DNA from: Leptolyngbyaceae cyanobacterium
GTDB taxonomy: Bacteria; Cyanobacteriota; Cyanobacteriia; Phormidesmidales; Phormidesmidaceae
Assembly (NCBI GenBank): GCA_050331235.1
Contig: JBHJHA010000039.1
Location: forward strand, 19,651-83,650
Direction: 5' to 3'
DNA length: 64,000 bases
The first letter of the stretch is position 1. Each line of letters starts with the position of its first letter. A program made the position numbers and the translations under genes. The notes under the pieces are model-generated. The model was not told the DNA's origin. It worked only from the letters and a program-made list of their open reading frames with translations, and searched no databases. Positions 50,812 through 60,723 of this stretch are shown one piece after another.

Positions 50812-51966
50812 TCAATTCACATTTGGCACAATTTCGGTTACGACATTGCCGCCATCCACGATGACCGTCTGGGACTCAATCCGACCGCGCGCGCGGGGAC
50901 CGGTGATCGTCAATCGAGGATCAGCTTGCTGATAGTTGACATTGCCTTCTGCTAGCACTGTGTCATCCTTTAAATTCCAGCGCAGGCGATTGGTCGTTAA
51001 CCGACCATCATTCTTAGCTGCGATCGCCAGCACATCTCGGGAAAAGAGCGCCAGTTGCTCAGCTAGATCAAACTGTCCTTGCTGAGCCGTGACGGTGATT
51101 TCCTGCTCAGCATCCAGGACCCGCACCGACTGCTGCGCTTGAATGAGCTGCTCATCCACTTCCCAAATGGCTTTTGGGGTCGTCATCTCGGTTTTGCTAT
51201 CCAGTAGTTGAGCCTGTACATCTCCTTCGATGGTGGCCCGTTCTTCGGCTAGTTCTACTAGCGCCTTTTGTCCGACTAGAGCTTGGGTAATTTGCTGATT
51301 TTCAAATCGCTCTATCCTTATGGGCTGCAATGTATCTAGCGTTTGCTGTTGCCAGCGCCACTGTAGCGTTTCTCCCTGCAGTTTGAGCCAGGGATCAACC
51401 TCTGGGTCGTCGACTACCGTGGTGGCGACCACGTCTCCCAATAGTTCCATGCGGTTTTCGGCGTCATAGACCCGCGCCTCGTTAGCCTGAGCATTGACTT
51501 GGGGATGGCGACCGGTAAGTCCATTGCGAACAATCATGAGGCTTTCTTCGGGGCGCCATTCCAGATTTTGACCGTTGATCACCATCCGATTTTGGATGCC
51601 GGTGGCAACGATATTGTCCTCCAGAAAAATTACCTGACCGTTTTCTTCAATGATGCCTTTGTCGGCTTTGACTCGATAAAGCAGCTCGCCATCTTGATAA
51701 AGCTCTCCTTCCGGATTGACTAAGTTGGCTTTCTCCTGGTTGCCGCTGTAGGTGACTTCATCGGCATCAACTTTCCACAAGAGTTGCCCTGACTCATCCT
51801 GCTGCTCTAGGGTGACATCGCGTAAGGTCAGTCCTGGGGTAATTTCTTCAGTGCTTTCTGACCCTTCCCCGAGCCAAGAGGGCGATGGACTGCAAGTCCT
51901 GACGCCAATCGCGATCGTAACAAAACCGGCGATCGCCGCTAACAGCCACCAAATAGGACGTTTCAT
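50812..51966 (-). CDS. lptC: LPS export periplasmic protein LptC (extended cyanobacterial form)
   Basis: N-terminal TM, VTLEQQDESGQLLWKV, repeated beta-jellyroll segments; metG-NYN-lptC context. Confidence 0.82.
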   Translation of the reverse strand: MKRPIWWLLAAIAGFVTIAIGVRTCSPSPSWLGEGSESTEEITPGLTLRDVTLEQQDESGQLLWKVDADEVTYSGNQEKANLVNPEGELYQDGELLYRVKADKGIIEENGQVIFLEDNIVATGIQNRMVINGQNLEWRPEESLMIVRNGLTGRHPQVNAQANEARVYDAENRMELLGDVVATTVVDDPEVDPWLKLQGETLQWRWQQQTLDTLQPIRIERFENQQITQALVGQKALVELAEERATIEGDVQAQLLDSKTEMTTPKAIWEVDEQLIQAQQSVRVLDAEQEITVTAQQGQFDLAEQLALFSRDVLAIAAKNDGRLTTNRLRWNLKDDTVLAEGNVNYQQADPRLTITGPRARGRIESQTVIVDGGNVVTEIVPNVN

Positions 51967-52146
51967 GGTGTATCCATTTACAGATGAAGTCGGCAACTCT
52001 CATCAGATCATAGATTGAGAGCCCCGTCGTTAAAATCATTTGGAAGCAGCTTGAGCCTTGCCCGACCCCTGTGAGGGGGCTGCCCTTGGGCCAATGGTCC
52101 TTAACAGCTCAGCGACTCATCAGACTTGAGAAGCTAAGCCCCTTGT

Positions 52147-52767
52147 CTATGAAGACTGAAGGTTAATGCCCCCTTCTTCTGGCACTGCGAGCGGACGATA
52201 GGTATAACCACCCTGACGCGGAAGTTTTTTCACATCGTCTTTGATTTGCTCTAAGTCAATGTACCGGTCAGAGACATTGATTAGGCTATCACTAGTCATT
52301 GATCGTAGACTAACGACCTCAATCCGAGCTCCTCGATAGCTGGCAGCATCGACGGCATAGGCTAGATCTCCATCCCCGCTAACCAGAATCGCAGTATCGT
52401 AAAATCCCACCAGAGACATCATGTCGACGGCGATTTCAACATCAAGGTTGGCCTTTTTGGAGCCATCTGGCAACTGCACCAAATCTTTTGCAATCACCCG
52501 ATAGCCATTGCGCCGCATCCACAGCAAAAACCCTTGCTGTTTCTCATTGGTGCGATCGACACCCGTATAAAAAAAGGCTCGAAACAGGCGTGAGCCTGCA
52601 GTCAAGCGACACAGTAGTTTTGTATAGTCAATTTCGATGCCCAACTGCAAGGCCGCGTAAAACAAGTTGGAACCGTCAATGAATATAGCCACTCGACCCC
52701 GGTTTTCTAGAACTTGTTCGGGAGTGAAAATCGGGTCTTCGCCTAGCGTGTCACGGTTGTTAAGCAT
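52147..52767 (-). CDS. NYN/LabA (DUF88) family protein, LalA-like
   Basis: IFIDGSNLFY, KANLDVEIAVDM, LVSGDGDL. Confidence 0.9.
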   Translation of the reverse strand: MLNNRDTLGEDPIFTPEQVLENRGRVAIFIDGSNLFYAALQLGIEIDYTKLLCRLTAGSRLFRAFFYTGVDRTNEKQQGFLLWMRRNGYRVIAKDLVQLPDGSKKANLDVEIAVDMMSLVGFYDTAILVSGDGDLAYAVDAASYRGARIEVVSLRSMTSDSLINVSDRYIDLEQIKDDVKKLPRQGGYTYRPLAVPEEGGINLQSS

Positions 52768-52827
52768 TTTGAAAAAGTGTATCCATTTTAACAAAACATT
52801 GAAATATCTAACGAGGCCCGAAGGTAT

Positions 52828-54447
52828 TTATGATAGTTTGCCTGTCTCGGCTTGTACCTCGATTCTTTGAAAAATAGGTTGGGCCTTATTTAAAGGTTGA
52901 CTAGCCGCCAGTAACCCCCAAAGACTGTGCTTTTCGTATGGAAACTGTTGTCCAACGTCGAGCGAGTTGAAATCGCCCTCAAAGCCCAGTTGATGATAAA
53001 TAGCATTGGCCAGTCCAGGCACAATGGGCGATAGCAAATAGCCCGCCAAGCGCACTGACTCCAAAACGGCATACAAAACTTGTTCGGTTTCCGCTTGTTG
53101 ATCTTGCTTATAGAGTGTCCAGGGTGCCGTATCATCCAAATATTTATTACTGGCTCTAATCAGCTCAAGGATGACCTCACAAGCTTCGCTGTAGGCTAAT
53201 TGCTCGTAAGCATTATGCACTCGCGTAGCCAGAGACTGACCGAGTTTTTTCAGTGTATTATCGGATGCAATTTCGGCGGCGGTGACCGGAGGTACCGCAC
53301 CATTACAATAACGCCCAGTCATTTTGTGAGTACGATTGAGCAGGTTGCCCAAATCGTTGGCTAGGTCAGCGTTGAGGACGTTAATAAAGCGATTTTCACT
53401 AAAGTCACCGTCGCGACCAAATTCAATTTCTTTTAAGAAGTAGAAGCGAACGGCATCAGCTCCGTACTGATTAACCAGCGCAAAGGGATCGAGGGTGTTG
53501 CCAAGGCTTTTGCCCATTTTCTGTCCATCTTTGGTCAAAAAACCATGGCCAAAAACCCGATGAGGCAAGGGCAACCCTGCTGACATTAACATTGCGGGCC
53601 AATACACCGCATGGAACCGCAAAATGTCCTTGCCGATCAAATGAGTATTCACTGGCCACCAGCGACTGAGGGCATTTTCTAGGGTGGGTTCTTCCTCTGG
53701 TGCCAGAAGAGCTGTCACGTAGCCCAATAGTGCATCAAACCAGACGTAGAGGGTCTGATTTGGATCCGTAGGAACAGGAAAGCCCCAATCAACATTGACC
53801 CGAGAAATGGAAAAGTCTTGTAATCCTTTTTCGACAAAACTGAGAACTTCGTTGCGGCGCGTGACTGGCTGAATGAAGTCAGGTCGATCAGCGTAGAGCT
53901 GTTCTAATTGAGACTGATATTTAGAAAGTTTGAAAAAATAGTTATGCTCATCGCGCCATTCCACTTGCTTATTGGTGTGAATAGGGCAAAAATTGTCCTC
54001 CAGTAGATCGCGCTCCTCTTTGAATTCTTCGCAAGAAACGCAGTACCACCCCTGCTGTCGCCCTTCGTAAATGTCGCCGTTTTCCCAAACTCGCTGATAA
54101 AACGCCTTGACGATCGCGGCATGGCGCTCAGCAGTGGTGCGGCTAAAGCGATCGCAACGAATGTTTAACCGTTGCCAAAGGTCTTGGAAGCCAGCCACAA
54201 TTTCGTCACAGTGAGCCTGAGGGTCGACCCCCCGGTCTGCGGCTGTGCGTTGAATTTTTTGGCCATGCTCATCGGTGCCGGTAATCATCAATACGGACTC
54301 ACCCAAAAGCCGATGAAACCGAGCGATCGCATCGGCAGCAATGGTCGTGTAGGCGCTACCAATATGGGGCAGCGCATTGACATAATAGAGAGGGGTGGTA
54401 ATAACAAATGAATTTGATTGAGGCCCGGCAGAATTCATAAAGCCCAA
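52828..54447 (-). CDS. metG: Methionyl-tRNA synthetase (short form)
   Basis: TTPLYYVN..PHIGS, TGTDEHG, YVWFDAL, GKDILRFH, KMGKS. Confidence 0.97.
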   Translation of the reverse strand: MGFMNSAGPQSNSFVITTPLYYVNALPHIGSAYTTIAADAIARFHRLLGESVLMITGTDEHGQKIQRTAADRGVDPQAHCDEIVAGFQDLWQRLNIRCDRFSRTTAERHAAIVKAFYQRVWENGDIYEGRQQGWYCVSCEEFKEERDLLEDNFCPIHTNKQVEWRDEHNYFFKLSKYQSQLEQLYADRPDFIQPVTRRNEVLSFVEKGLQDFSISRVNVDWGFPVPTDPNQTLYVWFDALLGYVTALLAPEEEPTLENALSRWWPVNTHLIGKDILRFHAVYWPAMLMSAGLPLPHRVFGHGFLTKDGQKMGKSLGNTLDPFALVNQYGADAVRFYFLKEIEFGRDGDFSENRFINVLNADLANDLGNLLNRTHKMTGRYCNGAVPPVTAAEIASDNTLKKLGQSLATRVHNAYEQLAYSEACEVILELIRASNKYLDDTAPWTLYKQDQQAETEQVLYAVLESVRLAGYLLSPIVPGLANAIYHQLGFEGDFNSLDVGQQFPYEKHSLWGLLAASQPLNKAQPIFQRIEVQAETGKLS

Positions 54448-54921
54448 AAAATGTAAAAATCGATATGAATTATCTTTTCAATAATACAGCAGAGTTCTAA
54501 TTAGAAAATATTGCGCTCAAAATGCTTGCTGTGCTGAAATCCTGAAGAACCAAAAAACTTCATTTGTCAATGCTTTGAGGAGCGATTTTAGGGTCATTCA
54601 AATGATCCTTCCCGTTGTGGTATAGGTCCTTTAGCGGGTAGCCTCAGACTTCTCTGATATGTTCAAGTTTTTTTTGATTAAGCTACAAGCTCATGATCGA
54701 TCAATCGAAATGGCGGACTCACCGCTGGTATTACCCAACTGGAAGGCCTCACCGCTCAAAGCATCAGTAGCCCTCCTATACCGGATGCAAGTCCAATGAA
54801 ACCCCCACCTTTCTGCCTGAGAAAATTGAATCATTGAGAAATCGCTCAGGGGATGGAGTGGTTGTTCAGCTAAAATTGCTATATTACAGAATGTAAATCT
54901 TGCTGAGATCGTCTGCCTTGT

Positions 54922-55659
54922 ATGGCTGCTCTTTCGCTTTCGCCATTCTCACTCCTTGAGGAGCCTTCCCCTACAGATTTGTCATGTAGTCTTTTACAAC
55001 TGCTGGGTATTCGGGTCACCGTGTCGGGACGGCAAAGAATTCCTTACAACACGCCCATCATGGTTGTGAGCAATCATCGTAGTGCCCTTGATGCACCCGT
55101 TTTGATGACTGGTTTAGATCAAGATATTGCCTTTGTTTGCCATCAATACATGGAGCACGTACCTGTGCTGAAGGACGTCGTGCATCGATTTGGAGCATTT
55201 CCCCTAGATTCTCCGCGTCAGTTGTTTCGTCAAGGCTGCCAACATCTCCGACAGCATACTCCTGTGGGGATTTTTCCTGAGGGGGCTCGGTCAATGGTGC
55301 AGGTACAACCACCCCGCCATGTCAGCTCTTTTCATCGCGGGTTTGCTCACTTAGCACTGCGAGCCCCGCTCGAAAAACTCGCTTTGTTGCCAGTGGCAAT
55401 CGTGTCTGATGATAAAGGTTTTGAATCCCCTATTCCTCTGAGTTTGTTGGGCTGGTTTGATCCCAGTGAGCCCCTATTTCAGCAGGGGGGCGGGCACCCA
55501 ATTGTGTTTTACCGCCAGGTTGAGGTGAAAGTTGGGGAGCCTATTTGGGTGACACCGAGCGATCGCCAGCAGTATCAAGGCCGTCACGGGCCAGAGTTTG
55601 CGCAACAGTTAGCTGACAGCTGCTGGGCTGTTGTGCATGACTTGCTACAGGAAAGATAA
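54922..55659 (+). CDS. Lysophospholipid acyltransferase (PlsC-like)
   Basis: NHRSALD (HX4D) and IFPEG motifs. Confidence 0.88.
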   Translation: MAALSLSPFSLLEEPSPTDLSCSLLQLLGIRVTVSGRQRIPYNTPIMVVSNHRSALDAPVLMTGLDQDIAFVCHQYMEHVPVLKDVVHRFGAFPLDSPRQLFRQGCQHLRQHTPVGIFPEGARSMVQVQPPRHVSSFHRGFAHLALRAPLEKLALLPVAIVSDDKGFESPIPLSLLGWFDPSEPLFQQGGGHPIVFYRQVEVKVGEPIWVTPSDRQQYQGRHGPEFAQQLADSCWAVVHDLLQER

Positions 55660-55680
55660 AAGTAAGCGTTTTTTTCGCAT

Positions 55681-56481
55681 ATGACGTTGCAATTTATGCC
55701 AGCCTTGTTCTCCCCGGTGTTGCCTCAGCTTGAAAAGCCGCTGATGGTGATGCTGCCGGGGCTTGATGGCACGGGCAAGCTGTTTGTGTCGCAGGTACGA
55801 GGCTTATCTCGGTATTTTGATGTGCGCTGTTTGACCATTCCAGAAGAAAACCGCCAAGATTGGCCAGAACTAGCGGATGGCGTAATCGACCTGATTATGG
55901 ATGCTCGGCAAGAACGCCCAGTTTATCTGTGTGGAGAGTCTTTTGGCGGCTGTTTAGCCTTGCAGGTCGCTCTTTCTGCTCAGCATGTGGTGCAGCATCT
56001 TGTCTTGGTAAATCCTGCATCGGCTTTACGCCGCTACGGGTGGGTGCGTTGGGCAACGCGCTTTACCGATTACGTACCGGACTGGTTATTTCGGGCGTCG
56101 GGGGCGGTTTCTCTTCCGCTGCTGGCAAATTTCAATCGCATCAGCGAAGATAAATGGGCATTGTTTATGGAAACAGTGCGCCCAATTGTCCAAGACTGTG
56201 TGGCTTGGCGGATTGGCATGCTCCATCGGTTTGAAGCATCTCCACAACAACTGGCACAACTTACTTTGCCCACTAGCTTGTTGGCTAGCGGTCGCGATCG
56301 CCTCTTTCCCTCCCATGAAGAAGCCAGACTGCTCCATAAATCTCTCCCTAACGCTCAGATCTTCTTTTTGCCAGAGAGCGGACATGTCTGCTTGCTGGAA
56401 GACGATATTGATTTGAGCCATTGCCTACAGGCTTTAGGGTCACTGCCAGTTGCCCTACATCAGCCTTCCTCTGTGGGCTAA
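55681..56481 (+). CDS. Alpha/beta hydrolase (esterase-like)
   Basis: LPGLDGTG, GESFGG, NPAS, D..SGH. Confidence 0.88.
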   Translation: MTLQFMPALFSPVLPQLEKPLMVMLPGLDGTGKLFVSQVRGLSRYFDVRCLTIPEENRQDWPELADGVIDLIMDARQERPVYLCGESFGGCLALQVALSAQHVVQHLVLVNPASALRRYGWVRWATRFTDYVPDWLFRASGAVSLPLLANFNRISEDKWALFMETVRPIVQDCVAWRIGMLHRFEASPQQLAQLTLPTSLLASGRDRLFPSHEEARLLHKSLPNAQIFFLPESGHVCLLEDDIDLSHCLQALGSLPVALHQPSSVG

Positions 56482-56605
56482 ACCTATGTTTGCCCATTGT
56501 GACCGAATGACTGAAGATGTGGTTCCAAAAGTTTTGCATATGGGAGACGCCGAGGCCCAAGGTCGCTATGATAAGGAGCGGCATTTACTTCAAGGTTAGG
56601 GCAGC

Positions 56606-57283
56606 GTGGAGGTAGTCAATCGTTTGATCGGAAGCTGGGTTGCACTGCCTTTATTGGTGACCTCAATGGTGGCCATGATTTTGGTTTTTGAACGGCTGTG
56701 GTTTTGGCGGCGGATTTCTCAGCGCCAGCACAAGCTAGTGCGCTCAGTGCTGGCGAATTACGGTCAACAACCCCAAAGCGTATTGACTCAGCTTAAGAAA
56801 AATACCGATTTACCGTTGGTGCGCATCTTTTTAGCTGCCCTGACGCTGCCGGATGCTACACCAGAGGAGTTTCGCTTGGCCCTTGAAAGTGCCGCCCAGG
56901 GGGAACTGCCGCTGCTACAGCGATTTTCAGCAGCGCTTAATACAATTGTGGGCATCGCTCCGCTGTTAGGACTTCTGGGCACAATTTTAGGCTTAGTGCG
57001 GGCGCTTTCGGCTTTAGATTTAGGGAGCGGGGGCAGCGATCGCTCCCTAGATGTGATTGCTGGCATCGGCGAAGCGCTAATCACCACTGCCGTGGGCTTA
57101 GTGATTGCTATTACGACGCTGATTTTTGCCAACTATTTTCAAAGTTTATATCGCCGCCAGCGGGCCTTTATTCAAGAAGCGGGCGGGCAGCTAGAGCTAC
57201 TATATCGGCGTCAATATCGTCACATGATGCCAACTGGACGCGATCGCCCAACGGTCGAGCCCCCCTATCCATACCCCCGATGA
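56606..57283 (+). CDS. MotA/TolQ/ExbB proton channel family protein
   Basis: ERLWFW, IAPLLGLLGTILG, GIGEALITTAVGL. Confidence 0.9.
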   Translation: MEVVNRLIGSWVALPLLVTSMVAMILVFERLWFWRRISQRQHKLVRSVLANYGQQPQSVLTQLKKNTDLPLVRIFLAALTLPDATPEEFRLALESAAQGELPLLQRFSAALNTIVGIAPLLGLLGTILGLVRALSALDLGSGGSDRSLDVIAGIGEALITTAVGLVIAITTLIFANYFQSLYRRQRAFIQEAGGQLELLYRRQYRHMMPTGRDRPTVEPPYPYPR

Positions 57284-57357
57284 TGGAATTGTCGTAGCCA
57301 GGGCTGAACGATGACAGCCGCCATACACTAGAGAGGATTGGCAACCGACGGAGAACG

Positions 57358-57585
57358 ATGGGCATCAATAAAACAACTGGCGAACCCTTCATCAAGCTAG
57401 ATCAGTTCCTCAAGTGGCAGCGCGTCGTTCAAACTGGGGGTGAGGCAAAGCTGCTCATCCGCGATGGCAATGTTGAAGTCAATGGTGAGATGGAGTTACG
57501 ACGTGGTCGCAAACTGTACGCTGGCGACGAAGTGGCTGTCGGTGATTTTGTCTATACGGTGCAGGGCTCTGATAACGCAGAATGA
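57358..57585 (+). CDS. S4-domain RNA-binding protein (YaaA/YbcJ-like)
   Basis: IKLDQFLK..TGGEAK..I..G.V.VNGE.E.RRGRKL. Confidence 0.9.
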   Translation: MGINKTTGEPFIKLDQFLKWQRVVQTGGEAKLLIRDGNVEVNGEMELRRGRKLYAGDEVAVGDFVYTVQGSDNAE

Positions 57586-57727
57586 CGCCTTATTGCCATT
57601 TCGGTGACCTTAGTTTTGTCAGGTTTCGGCGTATAAACACCACCCATTTGAATTGGCTACTCTAGCTGCACGCTAAAGCTGCATAGATTTGTTTTGACTT
57701 TGCTAATCAAGCTGAGATTGAAAGCTG

Positions 57728-58460
57728 TCATACCTCATCGGGGTCAATAACCAGATCTCGTAGGTGCTGCGCTAAACGTTAAACGGTTTGCTGGATCACA
57801 TCCCGCTCTTGTTGAGTCTCTTTCAGTTGGGCTTCTACCTCTTGGCGACTAGATAAAACCACGCCAGTTTGCGGGTCATAAAACCGGAGCACCTGGGGTA
57901 AGGGAGCAATGCCAACGGGGCTGAAATTGTCTCTAGGCTCAGGCCCAATCCCAATATCGAACTCTTGATGCAAGAAATACCCCTAGCATTTTGACCTAAG
58001 CGTGGGGGATTATACACTCCATTCACCAACTTTCGGCCCTTGAGTTGAGGCGTGAGATAGTCAGCGGTTGGGTCATATTGAAAGTATCCCTGTACGCCTA
58101 GCTGGGCGTACAGCTGCGGCTGATCTTGCCCATCTCTGGCTTTTGTCGAGTTGGAAGTAATCGCTAAGACCAAAGCTGGAACTTTGTCCCCCTCTTGCCA
58201 AGTTTTATAGCTGCGGCGAAACCGTGAACGGACCTCAAAGATGATAGAAACCTCGGGGGGGGACAACGGTTTTGGGATTGCCTTCTTTGTAGTCAATGAA
58301 GAGATTGCTAGAAACATAGACTTGGCGACGGCTTTCAAAATAGAGTCGCAACACTTCAACGGCGTAGATCAGATAGTCGCGGGTTGTATCGCGCTCGGCC
58401 ATGGGTGGCCATCACAATCGGGAAAACCACCAGACCACGAGTTCGCTGCGCGGTGGCCAT
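57728..58460 (-). pseudogene. Uma2 (DUF820) family endonuclease-like pseudogene
   Basis: Fragments in different frames: PDCDGHP / MAERDTTRDYL / RRSYKTWQEG..YFQYDPTADYL / LRFYDPQTG / LAQHLRDLVIDPD. Several frameshifts and an in-frame TAA at 57779-57781. Confidence 0.85.
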
Positions 58461-58523
58461 AGGCTTGAGTGGGCACAGCAGAAGGGGAGCAAATGTACAT
58501 TTGGCGCGCGCCTCTCTGCCCCT

Positions 58524-60470
58524 TTATTCCTGTCCCTTGGCCTCCACCGACGCGGATACTGTTGGTGGCTCAGCAGCGATCGCCGCTGCCGCGTTGGGGT
58601 GAAAGTAATCGTAAATTTGCTGAGCCATGTGAGGACCGATCCCCGGGACGTTGGCGAGCTGTTCCGTTGAGGCCTCGCGAATGTAGTCAATCGAGCGAAA
58701 CGCCGCTAGCAGTTCTTTTTGACGATGTTGTCCCAAACCGGGAATGTCAGAAAGACGCGATCGCCGCATGCGTTCAGTCCGTTTTTTACGGTGAAAGCTG
58801 ACGGCAAAGCGGTGGGCTTCATCGCGTAGACGCCGCAACAGTTGCACCCCGGATTGCTCTGCTTCGGTTTTGAGAGGCACCGACTCACCAGGCAGAAAAA
58901 TCTCTTCTCGCTTTTTAGCCAAGCTGACGACATTCAGATCTTGTAGCAGGTTTAACTCCCGCAGCACTTCAACCACAGCGGAAAGCTGGCCTTTGCCTCC
59001 ATCAATCATGACTAAGTCAGGCCAGTCAGGGTTGCCGACCCGCTGTTTTTGGGGATCTACTGCATACCGGCGAAACCGCCGATGGATCACTTCTGCCATG
59101 CTGGCAAAGTCGTCCGAATGCCCTGCTCGCACCTCCGGATTTTTGATCTTGTAATGGCGATAATGCTGTTTAGCAGGCATCCCGTCGACGAATACAACCT
59201 GGGACGCAACGGCATCAGATCCTTGAATATGGGAGATGTCGTAACCCTCAATTCGCTTGGGTAGGTCAGGCAAATCCAAAATCTCGGCCAGATCTTGCTG
59301 GGCCTGCAGATTACGATCGGCAACTTTTTGCGTTCTCACCAGCTCATACTGGGCGTTGCGCTCAACCATCTCAATGAGTTCAGCTTTGGTCTGGCGTTGG
59401 GGGACTTCGATCGCGACCTTGCGACCTCGTCGCTCAGTCAAGTATTCCGCCAAAATATCAGCATCGGGCAGCTCGTGCTGCACCAAAATCTCCGCCGGAA
59501 TTTCAATCGGCTCCACCATTTGGTAGTGCTCTTCTAGCACCCGCTGGAGAATTTCGCCGGGTGTACCGGCTTGGGCATCAGCATTGAACCCCAAACGACC
59601 AACCAGTCGACCAGCACGAATCTGGAAAAGCTGGATGCAGGCAAACTGGTCGTCACTGGAGAGGGCGATCGCATCTCGTGACACCGTATCATCTGGCAGT
59701 GCCACCTTTTGATGTGCCGTGAGTCGCTCTAGCCCTTGCAGCTGATCGCGAATTTGGGCCGCTTGCTCAAACCGCAGGTCTTCAGCCGCCTTCTCCATCT
59801 GCTGAGTGAGAATCGTTTCCAACTCGTTAGTACGCCCCTGAAAGACCATTGCCACTCGCTGCACAATCTTGTGGTAGTCCTCGGGCGATATCAGCTGCTG
59901 ACAGACACCAGGACAGCGGCCAATGTCATAGTTCAGACAGGGCCGATCTTTAAATAGCGGCTGGGGTCGCTGCCGAAGGGGAAAGGTGCGTTTAGCAATG
60001 CTTAGGGTGCGACGCAGCAATCCGGCATCTACGTAGGGACCGTAGTAGCGGTCTTTAAGGTTTTTGCGCCGCTTGCGAGTGACAAAAATGCGGGGATAAT
60101 TCTCTGACCAGGTAATGCAGAGGTAAGGATACTTTTTGTCATCCTTAAGCAGCACGTTGAAGTGAGGCTGATGCTGCTTGATCAAATTTGCCTCAAGGGC
60201 AAGGGCTTCGGCTTCGGTATCAGTGACGATAAACTCGATATCGACAATCTGCATCACCATGATCGCTGTGCGCGGCATGTGACGATGGGTGTCACGAAAA
60301 TACGATCGCACCCGGTTTCGCAACTTTTTAGACTTGCCGATATAGAGAATCTCGCCCCGCACATCTTTCATAAAGTAGACGCCGGGTTCAGTGGGCAGCT
60401 CTTTCAAGATTGTTTCGAGCCGCTCGGGATCTTTGGTCAGGGTTTTGCGCTCTTTAGAATACACAGGCAA
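58524..60470 (-). CDS. uvrC: Excinuclease ABC subunit C
   Basis: GIY-YIG (PGVY..YIGKS..LRNRV), UVR domain, [22 protein letters not shown], HhH. Confidence 0.97.
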   Translation of the reverse strand: MPVYSKERKTLTKDPERLETILKELPTEPGVYFMKDVRGEILYIGKSKKLRNRVRSYFRDTHRHMPRTAIMVMQIVDIEFIVTDTEAEALALEANLIKQHQPHFNVLLKDDKKYPYLCITWSENYPRIFVTRKRRKNLKDRYYGPYVDAGLLRRTLSIAKRTFPLRQRPQPLFKDRPCLNYDIGRCPGVCQQLISPEDYHKIVQRVAMVFQGRTNELETILTQQMEKAAEDLRFEQAAQIRDQLQGLERLTAHQKVALPDDTVSRDAIALSSDDQFACIQLFQIRAGRLVGRLGFNADAQAGTPGEILQRVLEEHYQMVEPIEIPAEILVQHELPDADILAEYLTERRGRKVAIEVPQRQTKAELIEMVERNAQYELVRTQKVADRNLQAQQDLAEILDLPDLPKRIEGYDISHIQGSDAVASQVVFVDGMPAKQHYRHYKIKNPEVRAGHSDDFASMAEVIHRRFRRYAVDPQKQRVGNPDWPDLVMIDGGKGQLSAVVEVLRELNLLQDLNVVSLAKKREEIFLPGESVPLKTEAEQSGVQLLRRLRDEAHRFAVSFHRKKRTERMRRSRLSDIPGLGQHRQKELLAAFRSIDYIREASTEQLANVPGIGPHMAQQIYDYFHPNAAAAIAAEPPTVSASVEAKGQE

Positions 60471-60723
60471 AGTGAGAGGCGAATGCTTGTTCTAACAGCA
60501 TAGCGAGGATAGCAAAAACGGCCCGATAGGGGAATGTTCCGTTGTGAATCGAGATATCCGCAAAAAGAAGATCTCAACCGGATGCCATCAAGGCGATCGC
60601 GCCATCCACCATGACATATGCTGACCCCCAAAGAAATTTATGCTGGATGAGGCGTTGATTCTAATGCCCAAACGCGCTTGAGGGTTACCTTAGAGGGAAA
60701 TGATTCAGTGATGGCAGTCTGGC

